The notes below the pieces were generated by a model. The model saw only the letters and a list, made by a program, of their open reading frames with translations, had not been told where the DNA came from and searched no databases. The position numbers were made by a program, and so were the translations under genes. 64,000 bases of DNA, taken from Ramazzottius varieornatus. Lineage: Eukaryota > Animalia > Tardigrada. The stretch is taken from positions 8,403,067-8,467,066 of the forward strand of contig BDGG01000001.1 of NCBI GenBank assembly GCA_001949185.1, read 5' to 3'. Of the stretch, positions 13,101-26,797 are shown one piece after another (the first letter of the stretch is position 1; each line of letters begins with the position of its first letter).

Positions 13101-16100
13101 ATGTTCTAACCGAGTTTCGATAGGCGTTTCGCAAAGGATGTGAGCTTCTTGTGCACGGTGTGCTGTTTGCTTCAAACCCGGTCTTCCTCGTCGACAATAT
13201 TGAAAGAAACGAACGATGCGATTCTGAGAGCCCTGAAACCCAACCTCCGCAGTTCATCGCACGCCGTCCGGAAGCTGTCGCTGCAAGTCCTCGAGACCTG
13301 CTTCCCGGTGGAAGAGTCCAGAGTCAACGCAGCCTTTCATATTTGCCTGCAAGCCGAGCAAGTCGAAGCTTCCATACACGAATACCGTGAAAAGCTGCGC
13401 TTTCTGCGAATGCTAGACGCTGGCCAAGTGCAGACTTCCGGCATCCTCCAAGAACCAACACTGAACGACGTATGTTATACTGTATTCTGACTTCGATTCA
13501 ACACTTTCAGCACGATCGTTTTCATGTTTGCAGAATACTACCGTCCTCTTTGTGTATACAGGAATTTGATTGGCTGGTACAGTGTTGCGGAGGCTGGTCC
13601 AACCAATAGGCAATTTNNNNNNNNNNNNNNNNNNNNNNNNNNNNNNNNNNNNNNNNNNNNNNNNNNTGTTGCGGAGGCTGGTCCACCAATAGGCAATTTT
13701 CAAAATTTCAAAATTCGGATAATTGGCAGGCCATGAACGCCAAATCTCAAAAGGGAGAACTGGTCGTCTTGATTTTCTTCTGACCGCACTGATGACTACA
13801 ATACTTATCCCAGGCTTGGATTCGATAGATAAGACTGTCCCCTGTGCTCCAGTTTTTTTCGAATAAAACTAAGTGATTGTATACACAAAGAGGACGGTCG
13901 TACGCAGAGTGTTAATCAGATCTATTTTTCATATTACTTTTAGACACTGGGCATTCCATGCGATCGAACTCGCCCAGTTCGGTGCTGTAGCTGGCGCACG
14001 TTTCCAGCCAAGAACACGTGAAGCGTGCGCCAGTTGGGGGAAGAATCTTGTCGGCATTCTTAGATATTACACGTAACCTTATTGTGTGCAAAATTTTATT
14101 CACCTTAGCTTGTCGTTTCTGTAGGTTCCGCTTCTGTACCTGTTCGGTTGCCTGAAAATCGGATTCCAGCCCGTCTGGAAGGAAATCCGGACGTTGATTG
14201 CTTCCTACCGGGCTCACCTTTCCAAGTCGTTGTGGCCGGTGTTGGAAGCTGAGCTCAAGTTAGTCTCCGATGAAGCCGGTAAGTCATCTTTTGTAGTCGT
14301 ACGCAATCAGAGTCTGAAGTCCAGTTCTGCACTCCTCACGCCAACTTTCGTTGACTGTTTGTAGAATCATCGGAGTCTGTCCCGGTGTCCAAAACTGCCG
14401 CATATGACGGTGAACCTCCGAACAGTAGTCTGGCAGAGATGATGGGTTCCCACCTGGAGGCGTTGACGCAAACGGAGACCAACGCTCTCAGCCCCTTCAA
14501 ATACCGCATACAACTGTGGCAAGTCGTCCTCTCCGTGTCAGAGACGGTGGAAGCCCGTAACCGCTGCTTTTCCGACCTCTTCCAACGGTTCATGAGGTAG
14601 ATTGCGAAATCACACATTCACGGATGGAGTTACATTCGTGATGGTTTCATTGTAGGAATGAGTTCATCCCGGCAACTCTGCTAGGTACATCGGCCAACGC
14701 GGAGGACAGAAGTGAAAGAAAGCATGACACCAGTCGGAAGAGCCGGGCGGAGGCCGAAGAGACTTGCGTGACCATGCTGGAGCTCTTCGCGGCCTTTCGC
14801 AATCCCATTGCGGTGTTTCAAGAACCGGTCATCCGAAACTTCTTCTTGGATGTAAGTAATAGTCTGAAAATTTGAATTACTCTTTGTCCTAATTTCTTTT
14901 TGAACCTTTCCCTTCCCGGACAAACGACCTCGTTTGCCCAAGTGGTGCTCGTTTCCAGTGTTTTTAGTCGGAGCCTGCGCCACTTGGGAACAACGATCCT
15001 GTCGACCTTAGTTATTTTCGCACGCTTCCGGTTTTATCGGCTAAAAAGCATGCGCAACTTGGGTAGATAATTTTGTCGAGATTGATCGCCCAGCTACCAT
15101 ATCATTTTCAGTCTGACAAAATTTTATTCCCGGTTTCAGTTGTTGACGTATCGGTCGCCGAAAGTGCAGTCCGCCGCTCTGCGTTGCTTCTTCAGGTATA
15201 AATTTTCCTACCTGCAACCGTACGAGGCACACCTTATGAAGCTACTGGACGACAAGGACATGTGGAACACCCTGACGGAGATTGAGTTCGGTGCGGCTAA
15301 CCCCGTCATCGAAGAAGAACACCGACCCAGCGTCATGCCCATCATCCTACGCATCCTCTTCGGTCGGATGCAAATGAATAGCAAAGCGCGGAACACGGAC
15401 AAGAGTACGCCCAAAGGACGAAAGAATGCCATTGTCCGAGCGTTAGCCAACTGTCGGGACCATGAGTTCCAGTACTTCCTCGACCTGGTGCTCCAACCAT
15501 GTAAGAAAATTTGAGAAAGCAGAATTCGAAGAAATCGGGCAAAATAATTTTTCTCGCGACTGGAATATCTGGTTTCGAAAATAAAGAAATCGCAGATAGA
15601 GTTATACTTAGGATCTCGGAAAGAAACTCGACGAGGCGTTTTTTCCAAGTGGCGCGCTTTGAGCCAATAATGTGAGCGTGCGCCACCAGAGGAACTCGAT
15701 AAGATTGTTTCGCCAGGTGGCGCACGCTTACAGTGTTACTGGTTGATAGTGTGCGCCACTTGAAAGACGGCCTCGTCGAGTCCGTTTGCCAAAATCCAGA
15801 TTCTCATCAAAATTCAAAATATTATTTGGTTGAAGGATTCATCTTTTATTTCGTAGTTGAGAAAGGGGGCAACAAGGAAGTTCATCTGAAGTTAGCTGAC
15901 GGAATCCTCCATACGCTGTTCGTCATCATTGACGAGCTGCGGACAGGTCTTGGTCAGAGTCTTCACCAAGTCTACCAGACCGTAGTCGGTATCCTGTCAG
16001 TTGTTAGACAGAAAATCGGAACAGAGAACATTGAGGATGGAAGTGGCAGCCGGAATGGAGCGGAAAACTCTTCGGGAGGTTTGCTGAAAAAGCTGCGGAA

Positions 16101-19100
16101 AGAATGCTACAAGTGCTTGACCAAATTCTGCTCGGTTTTCCCAGCTTCAGCCCTCTCTTTCGAAGAGAAAACAACCCTCTTCACCACGGCAGTTTGGCCA
16201 GAGGTAAATTGTAAACTTTCAACCGTTTCTCAACCGTAGGTTTATGGACACACTAAACAATATCGTTTCACCTAAGTGGCGCATGCTGCCAGCCATTAAC
16301 AGTAATGACGTGCGCCACTTGGGGAAACAGTTTTGTCGGGTACTGTATCTGTGTTGAATTTCCGTATATATTCTGTGACTAAAAAGTCTCTGATTTGAAT
16401 CTGTGTCCCTGTAGATTGATACGGTGGTTCGTGATGGGCCGCTGACAGTGACGCCGCTGATGCGACTTTTTCTCAGCTGGAGCCAGAGCACGACATACCA
16501 CTCCTACTTTTCTCATGTTACTGACAAATCCGAACAGAACATTCTGGTCTACCTGGCTCGTATTCTGGATCCGAATGTTGCGTCAAGATCAGCTAGCATC
16601 AAGCTGGTGATCGACGTGTTCAACAACCTGCTGCACCCACAGCTAGAGGTGATGGAAGACGAAAAGGAAGACGAAGTGGAGGAGAAGACCGCCGCCCTGA
16701 AAGCACAAGGTTTGTTTTTCTCTCTCACAACTCAGAATTTCAGAAGGATGAAACTCTTCTTCATCTTTGCGGATCTTCAAAGCTGTAATGGCCTCGCCGA
16801 AAAAATGGTTTTTTGAGATATGACGAACTGTGAAGATTTTTCTCCCAAGTGGCGCACGTTTCAGTATTATTAGCCGACAGCATGTGCTGCTGGATAAAAA
16901 AATCTTGTCGAGTTCGATTGTTTACCAAAGTGGCGCACGTCTTCAGTCCACCTGGCCGGAAGTGTGGGTCACTTGAATACAAAATGGAATTTTAAGTCAA
17001 TTAGTGAGCTGTTTTTGCAGGTTTGTCGCTGCTGAGACCGTGTGTCAACGCCATCCTTCAATACTTCCACGACAAGATTAAACGACACCTCGACGCGAAG
17101 AAGATGCGCAGAGGAAGTCCACTGAGCGACCCGGACTTGAAGCTGGCAGTGGGCGTTAGCGATATGATCCTCGACGCTGACCAGTCCGAAGCCCTGTCCA
17201 ACATTCTCCTACGACTGCTTGCTTGTGGCGAGATCAAGAAGGACAGCGAGTTCTTGGGCCTGCTGGAAATTGAAAAGCGCCTAGTCCTGTCTATCAACCC
17301 GGCCAAGTTGTCCAAGAGTGTTCAACCACTCATCAGTATGCTGTCAAGAAGCTTTACTCGCGATGCTAGAATGAAAATCTGCGATATTCTTTCGGTAATG
17401 CTTTTCTTTCAGCTCCATCTCCACCAGTTTTAATGATTTGTTGTTCGATTTCTTCCAGATTATTGCGGACCGGAGGAATACGGAATCTTCACGAGAACTC
17501 GCCAACCTCGCCAATGACGTAAGTTTGGAAAAAGGTGAAATAAACTGGGGAATGCGACAAGCAGATTCGACGAGACTGTTTTCCCTCAGTCGCGTTTTGT
17601 GTGTTATTGACTGGAAGCTTGCGGCACATGGGAGAGAACCTTGCCGGCTCGTCAAAATAGCTTTCCTAAGTGGCGCACGTTGTCGATTTTATTGGCTGGA
17701 AGAGTACGCCACTTGGAAACAATCAATCTTGTCGAGTTTGCTTGACGTTACGCAGTTGTTAAATATCGGAGCTCATGACACTAACGGTAAAATGTTTATC
17801 GATAGTTACTTTCGTGGAGTGCACGACACGTTGAAGAGCCCGACTATGAACGTCGTGGTGCCGCGTACCAGACAGCCAAAGCTCGAATAATTGTCCAGCG
17901 CGGCAATGTGGACGACCTGGATCTTCCGCTGCTGGTTCTCCACATAGCCGACTATGATATTCGACAGGTAAGTCCTGTTTCAGTCTTACCATTCTATCTT
18001 GTTCACGTAGTGCGAGAGACTGGCTGTCGTTTTTAGAGTACCGATATCATGTCGAGTTCGCTGCGGGATTTCGGCTTGATGTGTATCCTGACTGTTGTAC
18101 GCTGCTATGGATCGACACCAGGTGGTGTGGTTATCCTGGAGCATGTGATGAAGCTACTGAAGGAAGCCTTGAGGAATAAAACAGAGTCCGTGAGGAATGC
18201 GTATGTCGCCGTCTTGGGCGAAGTCGTGGACTTTTATCCGAAGCATGCGCTCTTCAGCGAGCTCCTGTTCTTTCGCTACCCTCTCAGTCTCAAAGGTAAA
18301 ATATTCCTCAGTCACAACAAGCTAACTTTTTACACGATTTCAAAATGTAAGACGAAGAGTGAGATTTTCGCTTACATACATACTCGAACTGCGTAACACA
18401 AGCACGGCACGACGTATGCAGGTTTATGAGAGATGGCTGCAGTTACGACGTTAAAATGTAGCCATCTCTCATGCACCTACAAACTCTGCTTACTTGGAAA
18501 GGTTCGCATTCTGCTGTATGCAGGTGAATAGAGTCATTCACTTCTTGATTTTTGATCACCAAATTGACGAAAGCCGCGAAAGTGCTATTCCACAGTATTT
18601 GTATGGACTGTTTTCTAGGAAGTGGAACGGACAAGTGTAGCGCCTGTAATGGAGTAGGTCTCCCTGTCAACGGAGACGTCATGACCGACCAAGGCCAGAT
18701 CCAGAATGGTCGCGCTCGTTGCAAGTGCTACAACCAGGAACTGGACGTCTTTGAGAACCTCCGCCATATCCAGAAGCATCGTGTGGGTGCTGCGTTGCAC
18801 GATATAGCTGTCTGGACAGCGGCCAAGGCAGTGCCTGTCTCGACCGTCATGCAGTTGTTCATGCCACTGGCAACTGCGCATTTGTGTAACGACCAGTACA
18901 ACAGCGAGAAGTACCAGGGCTTGATCAACGCGGTTATCGAGATCGTGGGCTCAGTGTGTGCGGTCGTACCGTGGAACAAGTATGAGCCGATGTTAAAGCA
19001 CTTCTTGGCCGTGCTAACCAGAAAGCCACTCTTCCACAAACAAATCATACGGTATGATCACAGCAAATCGCCCATTGAATGAATGTTTTAGAGCTGGGCA

Positions 19101-22100
19101 AACAGTCTCAACAAGACAGTCTTTCCAAGTTGCGCACGCTTCCAGCCAGTAACCCTGAAACTGTGCGCCACCTGGGAAAACAAACTCGAAAAGAACCTTT
19201 TTTGGAATGCGCACTCGCAACACTGAAATACATGCGTCACTTTAGAAAGCAATTTGTGGAGTTTATTTGCCGAGCTCCCGTTTTTCAAAGTGGTATTATC
19301 TCTTTCCCTGTTTCAGGGTTGCGGTGGCAATAGTGGATAACTTCCATTTTGATCTGTCATCGGTCGACATCACTCGGACTAACTTCAAGTCGAAAGACAA
19401 CCCCGCGATGACGGTCGACGTGGGCGAGCTGCCCGACCCAGAAGACGCTAACATGGAGATGGAAGAAGCGCCACCTGCCGAAGCGGCCGCAGCCGGAAGT
19501 CAAGCAAAGCCCGACGCCACGTCCAAGGCCAAGGCCGAGAAAGTGTACCGGTCGCTCATGCACTTCATTCTTCCCGGCCTGTCCAAACTTATCACGGACA
19601 AGGTAGGTCGACAGCACGTAACAAGTAAACTGAAGCAGTGTTATAGCAGGAAGACTGAAACGTTTTGCCTTTGAAGGTGGCAGGTGATGAGAGTCATAAG
19701 CTGACAGCGGACCTTCACGTCGGCGAAAAGGAAGAGATCCTTCGCGCACCGGTGGCATTGGCCATCGTCAAGCTGCTCCAGAAGCTGCCGGAGAAGATCA
19801 TTCGTCGGCAGATTTCGGGGGTTTTCTTGAAGATTGGTAGGTTATTGAAGTCACGCTTGTTGAGTATCCGTCAGTCTGCACGGGAGACCCTGACGGAAAT
19901 CATGATTTCCCTCGGTCCATCGTACCTGCCGACACTGATCAAGGAACTTCGTGGAGTGTTACAGAAAGGATACCAGGTACGAATTTATACAGGTCATCTT
20001 TGGCGAAACGGAACCTAGGCAGCCGAGCTCGACATGGTCGTTCGCAAGATGGCGCATACTTTTGGCCAGTAGCACTATAACCGTGCGCCACTTAAGAAAA
20101 CGAAAGCAAACTGGGCTAGATTGCCAAGTGGCGCTCACTGTCAGACCAGAGCAACGGAAAAGTGCGCCACTTGAAAAGTACAGTCTTGTCGAGTCTCTTT
20201 GCCGATCTCCCAGTAGTACTAGCTAGTGGTTCTGACCACAAAGGCCGAGTAAAGGAGGCAACTATCAGAAACCACATATTTTACTGCATTGCGTTGCCTA
20301 ATGCTGCGTTGTCTCCATTTTCTCATCGTGATTGCCGTGCCCAGTTTGGTACGAACTGCGAATGAGAGATTTCGCTGCTCCATATCAAGTGACGCATTCT
20401 TTTACGTGTCAGGGATTTGTAATAAATCAAAGACCGAACATTTAAAAGGTCGATTGAAATCTCGACAGACTTGAAAGCGCCTCGCTTCCCTCGGCCTGAT
20501 AAGGTACGAATAGCAAGTGGAGACGTTTGCCTATTTCCAGATTCACGTCTTAGTCCATTGCGTGCATATGCTCCTGACGAAGATGCTGCCGCAGCTGAAA
20601 CCTGGAAGTCTCGATCGAGCACTCAGCGACTTGGTTCAGGTATCGATGTTCCTCCGTTCTTCTTCCGTATAAGGGTGCAAGTTCATTTTTGTTTGCTGTA
20701 GATTTGTCACAATGAAATGTTTGGTGAACTGGCTGAAGAGAAGGAAGTGACGGCCTTGACCAGGAAGATTGCCGAAGCTCGGAACATCAAGTCGTACGAC
20801 ACGTATGCCATCCTGGCGCGCTTCGTCTCGCCTACTGTACTGCTGGATCTCATCAAGCCTTTGAAAGAAGTCAGTTTTTCCTCTCACTACTCCCGGATTT
20901 TTTTTTCAGGACTTGAATATAGAGTTGTGTTTTGTTCGTAGAAAGCAGAGGAGATTCAGTCTCACAAGATAGCGGTCAAACTCGAGAAAGCGCTGCGGCA
21001 GATTCTAACCGGCTTGATGAAGAACGAGCAGTTGACGGAGAAAGACTTGCTGCTCTTCTGCTACGCCTTGCACGATCCTTCCATGGGACTTTTCCAAGCC
21101 GTAAAATCCAAGTACGTCACTTTGAGTTTTGTGGCTACCGTTTTCTTTTCTGAATAGTCATTTGTTTCATTTCCGGAAATGTTTCCGGTAGTCAAGTTGC
21201 TTTTATGTTGTTTTTTTTTAGGAAGGTAAAGGAGGAGAAAGTTTTGCCTGAGCACCTGAACCGGCCAGATTCATACCTGATCCAAGCCGAACCAGGCCGT
21301 ATGGGTCCGATGCCGGTAGTCAACCGGAAGACCAACGACTACCTTCTCCGTAACTTTGGCCTGCAGCTTCTTCTGTCCTGCTTCAAGAGCGGAAGGCTAG
21401 CGGCATTGTCAGGTGAGGCGACGGAAATGCTGGATCCGTTCGTACCACTGGTCATCAAATGCATATCTTCCAGCCATATTCCGGTAATTTCTTTTATTCT
21501 TATGCTGTAGTGTCCTTTGAGCGGTCGGCAAACGTACTCGACAAGCTTATTGTTCCCAAGTGGCGCACATTTCAGCCTTATTGACTGGAAGCTTGCGCGC
21601 CAATTGAAGAAACAGAAATTTCATGTTTGGGTGTTTTCCAAGTGGCGCACGTGTGCGGTGTTATCGGCTAGAAGCGTGAGCCACTTGGGAGAACGAGTTT
21701 TGTCGAGTTTCTTCGCCGAACATTCTTCTCTTGTCCTACCTATCTATTTTGAGGTTGTAGATACGAACGAGTGCGCTGCGGTGTCTGATATGGATGCTGA
21801 AGTTCAAGTTGCCATCTCTGGAGAGTGAGATGAACACGGTGGTCAGGCAGCTCTTCGTCCATTTGAAAAACTACTCGGGACCCGGTGCTGCAGTGGCGGA
21901 GAACGCCGAGTTCGTGACAACGGTCTACAAAGCGCTGAGTACAACAGTCAGGGAAGCCACGTTCTACCAGCTGTCGGATAAGCATCTGAAAGTCCTCCTG
22001 ACTTACGCGGAGAACGATTTTCGGGAAGGGACCAAACACATCCTGGCTGCCAACCTTCTCAGAGTAATTTCCTCCAGAGAAATTTCTGCTTCATCCTATT

Positions 22101-24955
22101 CATACTATTTCAGAACTTTTTTCGTAGGCTGTGTTATCAAGGCATCTGCTGACAACGGAACTGCGGGAAATCATGCTGAATATCGCCACAGTGTCGATTC
22201 AGAGTGAACAGGAAAGTCTGCGAGAAGAATGTCGACAGGTAAGAAAACTTACTGGGCGAACCCTGGGTTGATATTTATCTCGACTGTTTGTCTTTGTAGT
22301 TGGTGACGGTGTTCCTGACCACATACCACGCCAAGAAAATCAAGGCTAAGGAGTTCGTCGAGTTGTACCAGGATAACTTGGAGTACAGTATAGAGTATGG
22401 GCGGCTTATCAGCATGGCTGTCCTGCGCGATCTCTTGTTCAAGATGGGCGAAGTAAGTACCTTCAGTTCCGATACAGTGTTTTTCCCAGTATGAATGGTT
22501 GCTGCTGCAGGGTTTCCAGAAGGAGTACGCCTTGGCGTTCTTCCAGTTGTTCGCTGCGAGACTGAGTGACGAAAGCTCCACAGTGCGGCACAACGCCGCC
22601 AAATACATTAGCCTCATTCTACACATCGTAAGTTATCAAGTGAAACTAACCGGAACTGATTGTAATTTTGTGGATATGTTGTTTTGACGATTCGGTAAAT
22701 CAAAACGAGGGCTTTGATAAACGAGACGCAGACAAACAACCTCGACAAGTCCGTTTTCCCAAGTGGCGCACGCTGCCAGTTGATGACATCGATCAGGTGC
22801 GCCACTTGGAAAAACAGAGTCGACAGGACTGCGTTTTCCAAGCGGCGCGCGCGTTTGGCCAACAGCAATGACAAGGTGCGCCACTTGGGAAAAATGCTCT
22901 TTTGGGGTTTTTCTGCTGAGCTTTCACTCAGTTTCGTTAGTCGCAACTTGCACTGATGTTTGAGCTGTGTTTCTGGTTTTCCGCAGACCGATGCCACATT
23001 GGTGGCTGAAATAGCAAAGTGGATAAAGCGCTGGCTGGTAGACCAGGAAGGTGCGGTCCGTCGTACCGGGCTACAGGTTGCCTCCTTGATGGTCCAAGTT
23101 GAGAAAGAGTCCTTCCTTCCTCGACTTACTTTCGTCTTGCCATCTCTGGAAAAAATTCTGTCTATTAACGAGGTTCGCTGCATGACACTTTCCTTCTGTT
23201 TCGTTGTTCAGCTTATCATAGAAGGATTACCGCCTACCGGAAGTTGTCCTTTGATACGAAATTCTTTGACCGGAATTAATGGTTCATAGATTGCCCTGAC
23301 AGACGAAGCTATCGCCGAAAAAGACCACCTTCTCATCAACGCCCTAAACTTACTGGCCAAGATACTGGAGAGCTGTGGAAACGACTTGTGGAAGGAAGCC
23401 ATAGTAGTCAACAAGCTGAAGAGCGTTTTCGGTGAGTATTTGGATGTAGAAATTATTTTGCTTTGATTACTGAAGTTTTCATTTTCTTTTACAGCTAGCG
23501 TCCAAGATTTCTTACTGCACGAACATGAATGGGTCAGGATCAAAAGTATGGACATTTTCTGGAACATTTTCCAGCTTCAGCCAGCGGCTGAACTTCCAAC
23601 CAACGTGATTTTCGCTGAAGATACCGTCGACAAGGTAGGAGAAATTCAAAGTAAATTTGTCAAAGCTTGTTTTGAGTGAAGAAGCTTTTTTTGTTACAGC
23701 TGCGCGAACTGACCAAGCGGTTGCTGCACATGCTGAAGTCTTACTCGGAGCGTGAAGACTACTACCAAGTGTGGTCTGCGTGCATGCTGTACATCGTCCA
23801 AGCCTCCATGGCATTACCGCAACCTGCAGGTAGTGAAGCCGAGGATGTCGAAGCGGACGAAGATGTCGAAGTGAAGGAGGAAGAAAACCAGCCGAAGACT
23901 AGGGATCAAAAGCTGACGGCGCAGTTCATCATCCGGAGTATATGCCGCGAAGCTGTGTATGAAGCGCTCCATGAACCCCGTAAAACAACAAAGGTAAGCA
24001 ATATTCCGTCATGAAGAAATACCATGATTCTTCACATCAGTGAATGATACGTGAACTGAGTGCGTGGAAAACAGACCCGACAGAATCGGTTTTCGAAGTG
24101 GCGCACAACTGCAGCCAGTAACGCTGAATACCTGCGCCACTCAGAAAACAACGATCTTGTCGAGTTTGATTGTTTTCCCAAGTGGCGCACTGTCCCAGCC
24201 GACAGAAGTGGAGACGTGCACCACTGGTCAAGACAGTCTTATCCAGTTTTATCGCCCATATCCCAGTTAAGGAGAAATTCGTGTTTCTTCGCTGTACTGT
24301 AAAAAATTTATCTCCTTGTGTTATTTTTCAGAGGTTGGAAGTCGTCAAATGGATACGACGATTGACCGAAAATTTTGACAAGTCGTGCGTGACTTCCTTC
24401 CTGCCCAATATAGCTCACGTGCTTTACCGATGCACTAATGAACCTTCCGCTCAGAAAAGTAAGTGTTGGTTTGACTGTGGCATACTTTTTTATCTTGAGG
24501 GTTCTTTCTCTCTTTTCTAAGTCCCTGCCTGTTATTATCGTAAACTTTGAATTGTTTCCGTGGCAGATGAGGAACTGAAACGGACAACCGAAGAAGTTTC
24601 CGTCGCGGTGGAAAGCCGCGTTGGACGAGAAGCTTACGCTAACGCTATGAGGGATGTTATCCTGGTGGCCTCCAAGAAACGAACGGCGCGAAAGCGGCAA
24701 CAAGCCATCGAGGTAAAACATGAATGTCATTTCATTCCGCTTTTTTAGAATTTCAGATTTTACCGTTTTTGAAGATTATCTATACAAAATAATAATAATG
24801 TGTTCCATGCTGTGTTGTAGCCGGTACTTCATCCGGACAAGGCAGCACGAAAGCGTATTAAGAAGCAGCAGACGAAGAAGGAGGCTCGCAAGAGAAAGTT
24901 GGAAGACATTGATGTAGGTCGGATTGTCAAACCAAAGCGAGCTCCGAGACAATAA
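10102..24955 (+). CDS. UTP20: Small subunit processome component 20 (HEAT-repeat protein), many exons
   Basis: N-terminus MKQKRGKPLRHKEGNTFA|FKSFNARIG. Conserved UTP20 blocks FARDIQDDFYPYF, KPYISRFATESFAF, YLQPYEAHLMKLLDD, DVFENLRHIQKHR, RAPVALAIVKLLQKLP, LGPSYL...LQKGYQ|IHVL, MFGELAEEKEV. Basic C-terminal tail. Two N-gaps fall in introns. Confidence 0.95.
11854..12108. mobile_element. MITE-like element with long TIRs in a UTP20 intron (spans an assembly gap)
   Basis: About 65-bp inverted arms: gggattgcgagcgaaagcgcactagcacaattc...gtgacgtcata versus tatgatgtcacg...gaattgtgctagtgcgctttcgctcgcaatctc. Confidence 0.75.
12140..12320. repeat. Fixed-spacer palindromic element, 2 units (UTP20 intron)
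   Basis: Arms 12165-12211 and 12247-12293, both N25, period 82 bp. Confidence 0.9.
13541..13897. mobile_element. MITE (Tc1/mariner-like ends) in a UTP20 intron (spans an assembly gap)
   Basis: Perfect 20-bp TIR ccgtcctctttgtgtataca / tgtatacacaaagaggacgg, with TA on the left flank. Confidence 0.75.
15620..15790. repeat. Fixed-spacer palindromic element, 2 units (UTP20 intron)
   Basis: AAGTGGCGCGC...GTGCGCCACC and AGGTGGCGCAC...GTGCGCCACTT, with ACTCGA linkers. Confidence 0.85.
21535..21712. repeat. Fixed-spacer palindromic element, 2 units (UTP20 intron)
   Basis: Left arms at 21558 and 21640, spacers 26 and 25 nt. Confidence 0.9.
22735..22900. repeat. Fixed-spacer palindromic element, 2 units (UTP20 intron)
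   Basis: AAGTGGCGCAC 22761-22771, N25, GTGCGCCACTT; second unit from about 22839. Confidence 0.9.
24060..24250. repeat. Fixed-spacer palindromic element, 2 units (UTP20 intron)
   Basis: Left arms at 24096 and 24180, with an ATCTTGTCGAGTTT linker. Confidence 0.9.
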
Positions 24956-25245
24956 GCTCTTCTGCCACTCTCCATGGTCCGTTTTGTCTTTCCTTGAAAC
25001 TTCATACAAAGCACAGTGGCGTCAATGCAAAGATTCTGCTGGTACGATTAGACTTTTATCCATTTTATATCTTGCTCTTCTTGCCCATGGGGTGACCGAG
25101 TGAAGATTCGAAATGGGCGGAGCCCTGTGAGAACTCAAGTTCAAGTATATCGCTACGTTGACCTACTGTAGGTGCCACGTTTGTCTTTATTCGAAAATAA
25201 TTTCGATATCAAAGAAAGCTCTTCAGTAATTTTTCATTTTTGACC

Positions 25246-26797
25246 ATGGATTATTTCAACAGTAATAAGTATGAGCGGGAATGGAAATTGTACGAGGACT
25301 TCCTTGCGAGTGCAGCCGTCAAGCTGAGCTCGTCGGGTGGGCAAAGCCGGCGCACGGATTTGAAGTTGGTGGATTGTGTGTCGTACCGTGTTAGATTTGG
25401 CCATGGGCTTCCGCCTCGGAGTTTCATTAGAGTTGGTCCCTCCATTTTGTATACGGACAAAGTACGTGCCCAGGACCGAGCCGCTCCCGAGGGGGAAACT
25501 TGTAGTGTGCCATCGGGCTTCGATCTACTGCCCAACGAGGTACTCTGTAAAATATTCGGCTGGCTTGACACCATCGACCAACTACCCTTGCGCAGGTACG
25601 AACCTTGACCTCACTTAAGGTCTCTAGCTCCCTGGGGAAGAGTTTTTGCATCTGAACAAAATTTGGGGCTCGGCAGACAACCTCCACAAGGTTGTCTGCC
25701 GGAGCGGCGCACGCTGTCAGTGTAACTGGCTGTGCGCCACTTAGAAAACGATCTGGTCGAGTTCGACTTTTCAAGTGGTGCACATTCGCAATGTTATAGA
25801 CTGAAGACGTGCGCCACCTGAATAAATGGTCTTGTCCCGTTTGTTTATGGAGCTCCAGCAACGACTCACATTCTTCTTGTAGAGTTTGCAAGCGATGGGA
25901 AGATGTTCTGCGTTCTCGCCCATGTTTGGAGACAATCTCCATCTGCCCACAAACCTTGGTGGCGCCCCCTGTCCCCGAAGAATGCCTCGTCTTCGCGCTG
26001 GACAAGATGGTGGACAAAGACCGATCCAGGGTTCTCGGCTTGTACGGTCCGCGAAACCAACCCGTCTACATAAACTGCCTGCACTCATCCAGCAGAGAAG
26101 AAGACGTGCTCGATTCCATCGCAGACGAAATCATGAACTATGCTCTGGGAAAACAATCCGCAGCAGAACAGGCCAACGTCTACAGCGTCTTCACCAAGGG
26201 TCCTCTGATCAGACAGTTTACTGTCAGGTGCCTCCATCATTCCCTCTTCAGTGATATCCGAAGAATCGAACTAACCTACGGGTCGGTCAGTTTCCAAAAC
26301 TTGTCGGAACTTCCGTCCACCGTCAACGAGATATTGTTGAGACAGATGGATCTAACCGGTCTGGCATCACTGACAGACTACGGCGAGTATGGTTTCGCCA
26401 TTGACATCGAGCGTGCTGCCATCGTTGCATGGACCGAGGACGAACGTCTCGTAGTTCTTTGGAGACTGGCCGAACAAGAGGTTAAGCCGCTCACACCGAA
26501 GCAGCTTCTTCGCTTAGCTAACCGTATCCAACTGTGCCAGAACTTCGTCCTGTCAGATGTCCTTCGTGGTGTTGACGAAATCGTCCTTAGGTATTCGGTC
26601 TGTTATTTTTTGTAAGGAAATCAAAGTCGCATATAGCACCATGCATGGTTTTCTCATCTAGGAGGGAAGATGAGCTGGTCACACGGAAAGGACCAACAAA
26701 GTGGGACCTGGCGACCATAAAACCGTTGACTGCGGTCGATGTCAACGCCTTCGTTCGCTTTAGGTTGGACGCCTTAGGTATTCTGGGTCGCCACTGA
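25246..26797 (+). CDS. F-box domain protein (3 exons: about 25246-25595, 25883-26590, 26662-26797)
   Basis: F-box motif FDLLPNEVLCKIFGWLDTIDQLPLR|RVCKRWEDVL reconstituted across a GT-AG intron. Confidence 0.85.

Noticed and set aside
11970-13665. Apparent direct duplications flanking the two N-runs
   Set aside because: Identical sequence on both sides of a gap is a typical scaffolding overlap artefact.
20220-20515. MITE in a UTP20 intron (aggccgag...ctcggcct)
   Set aside because: The inverted match is short and imperfect, and there is no clear TSD.
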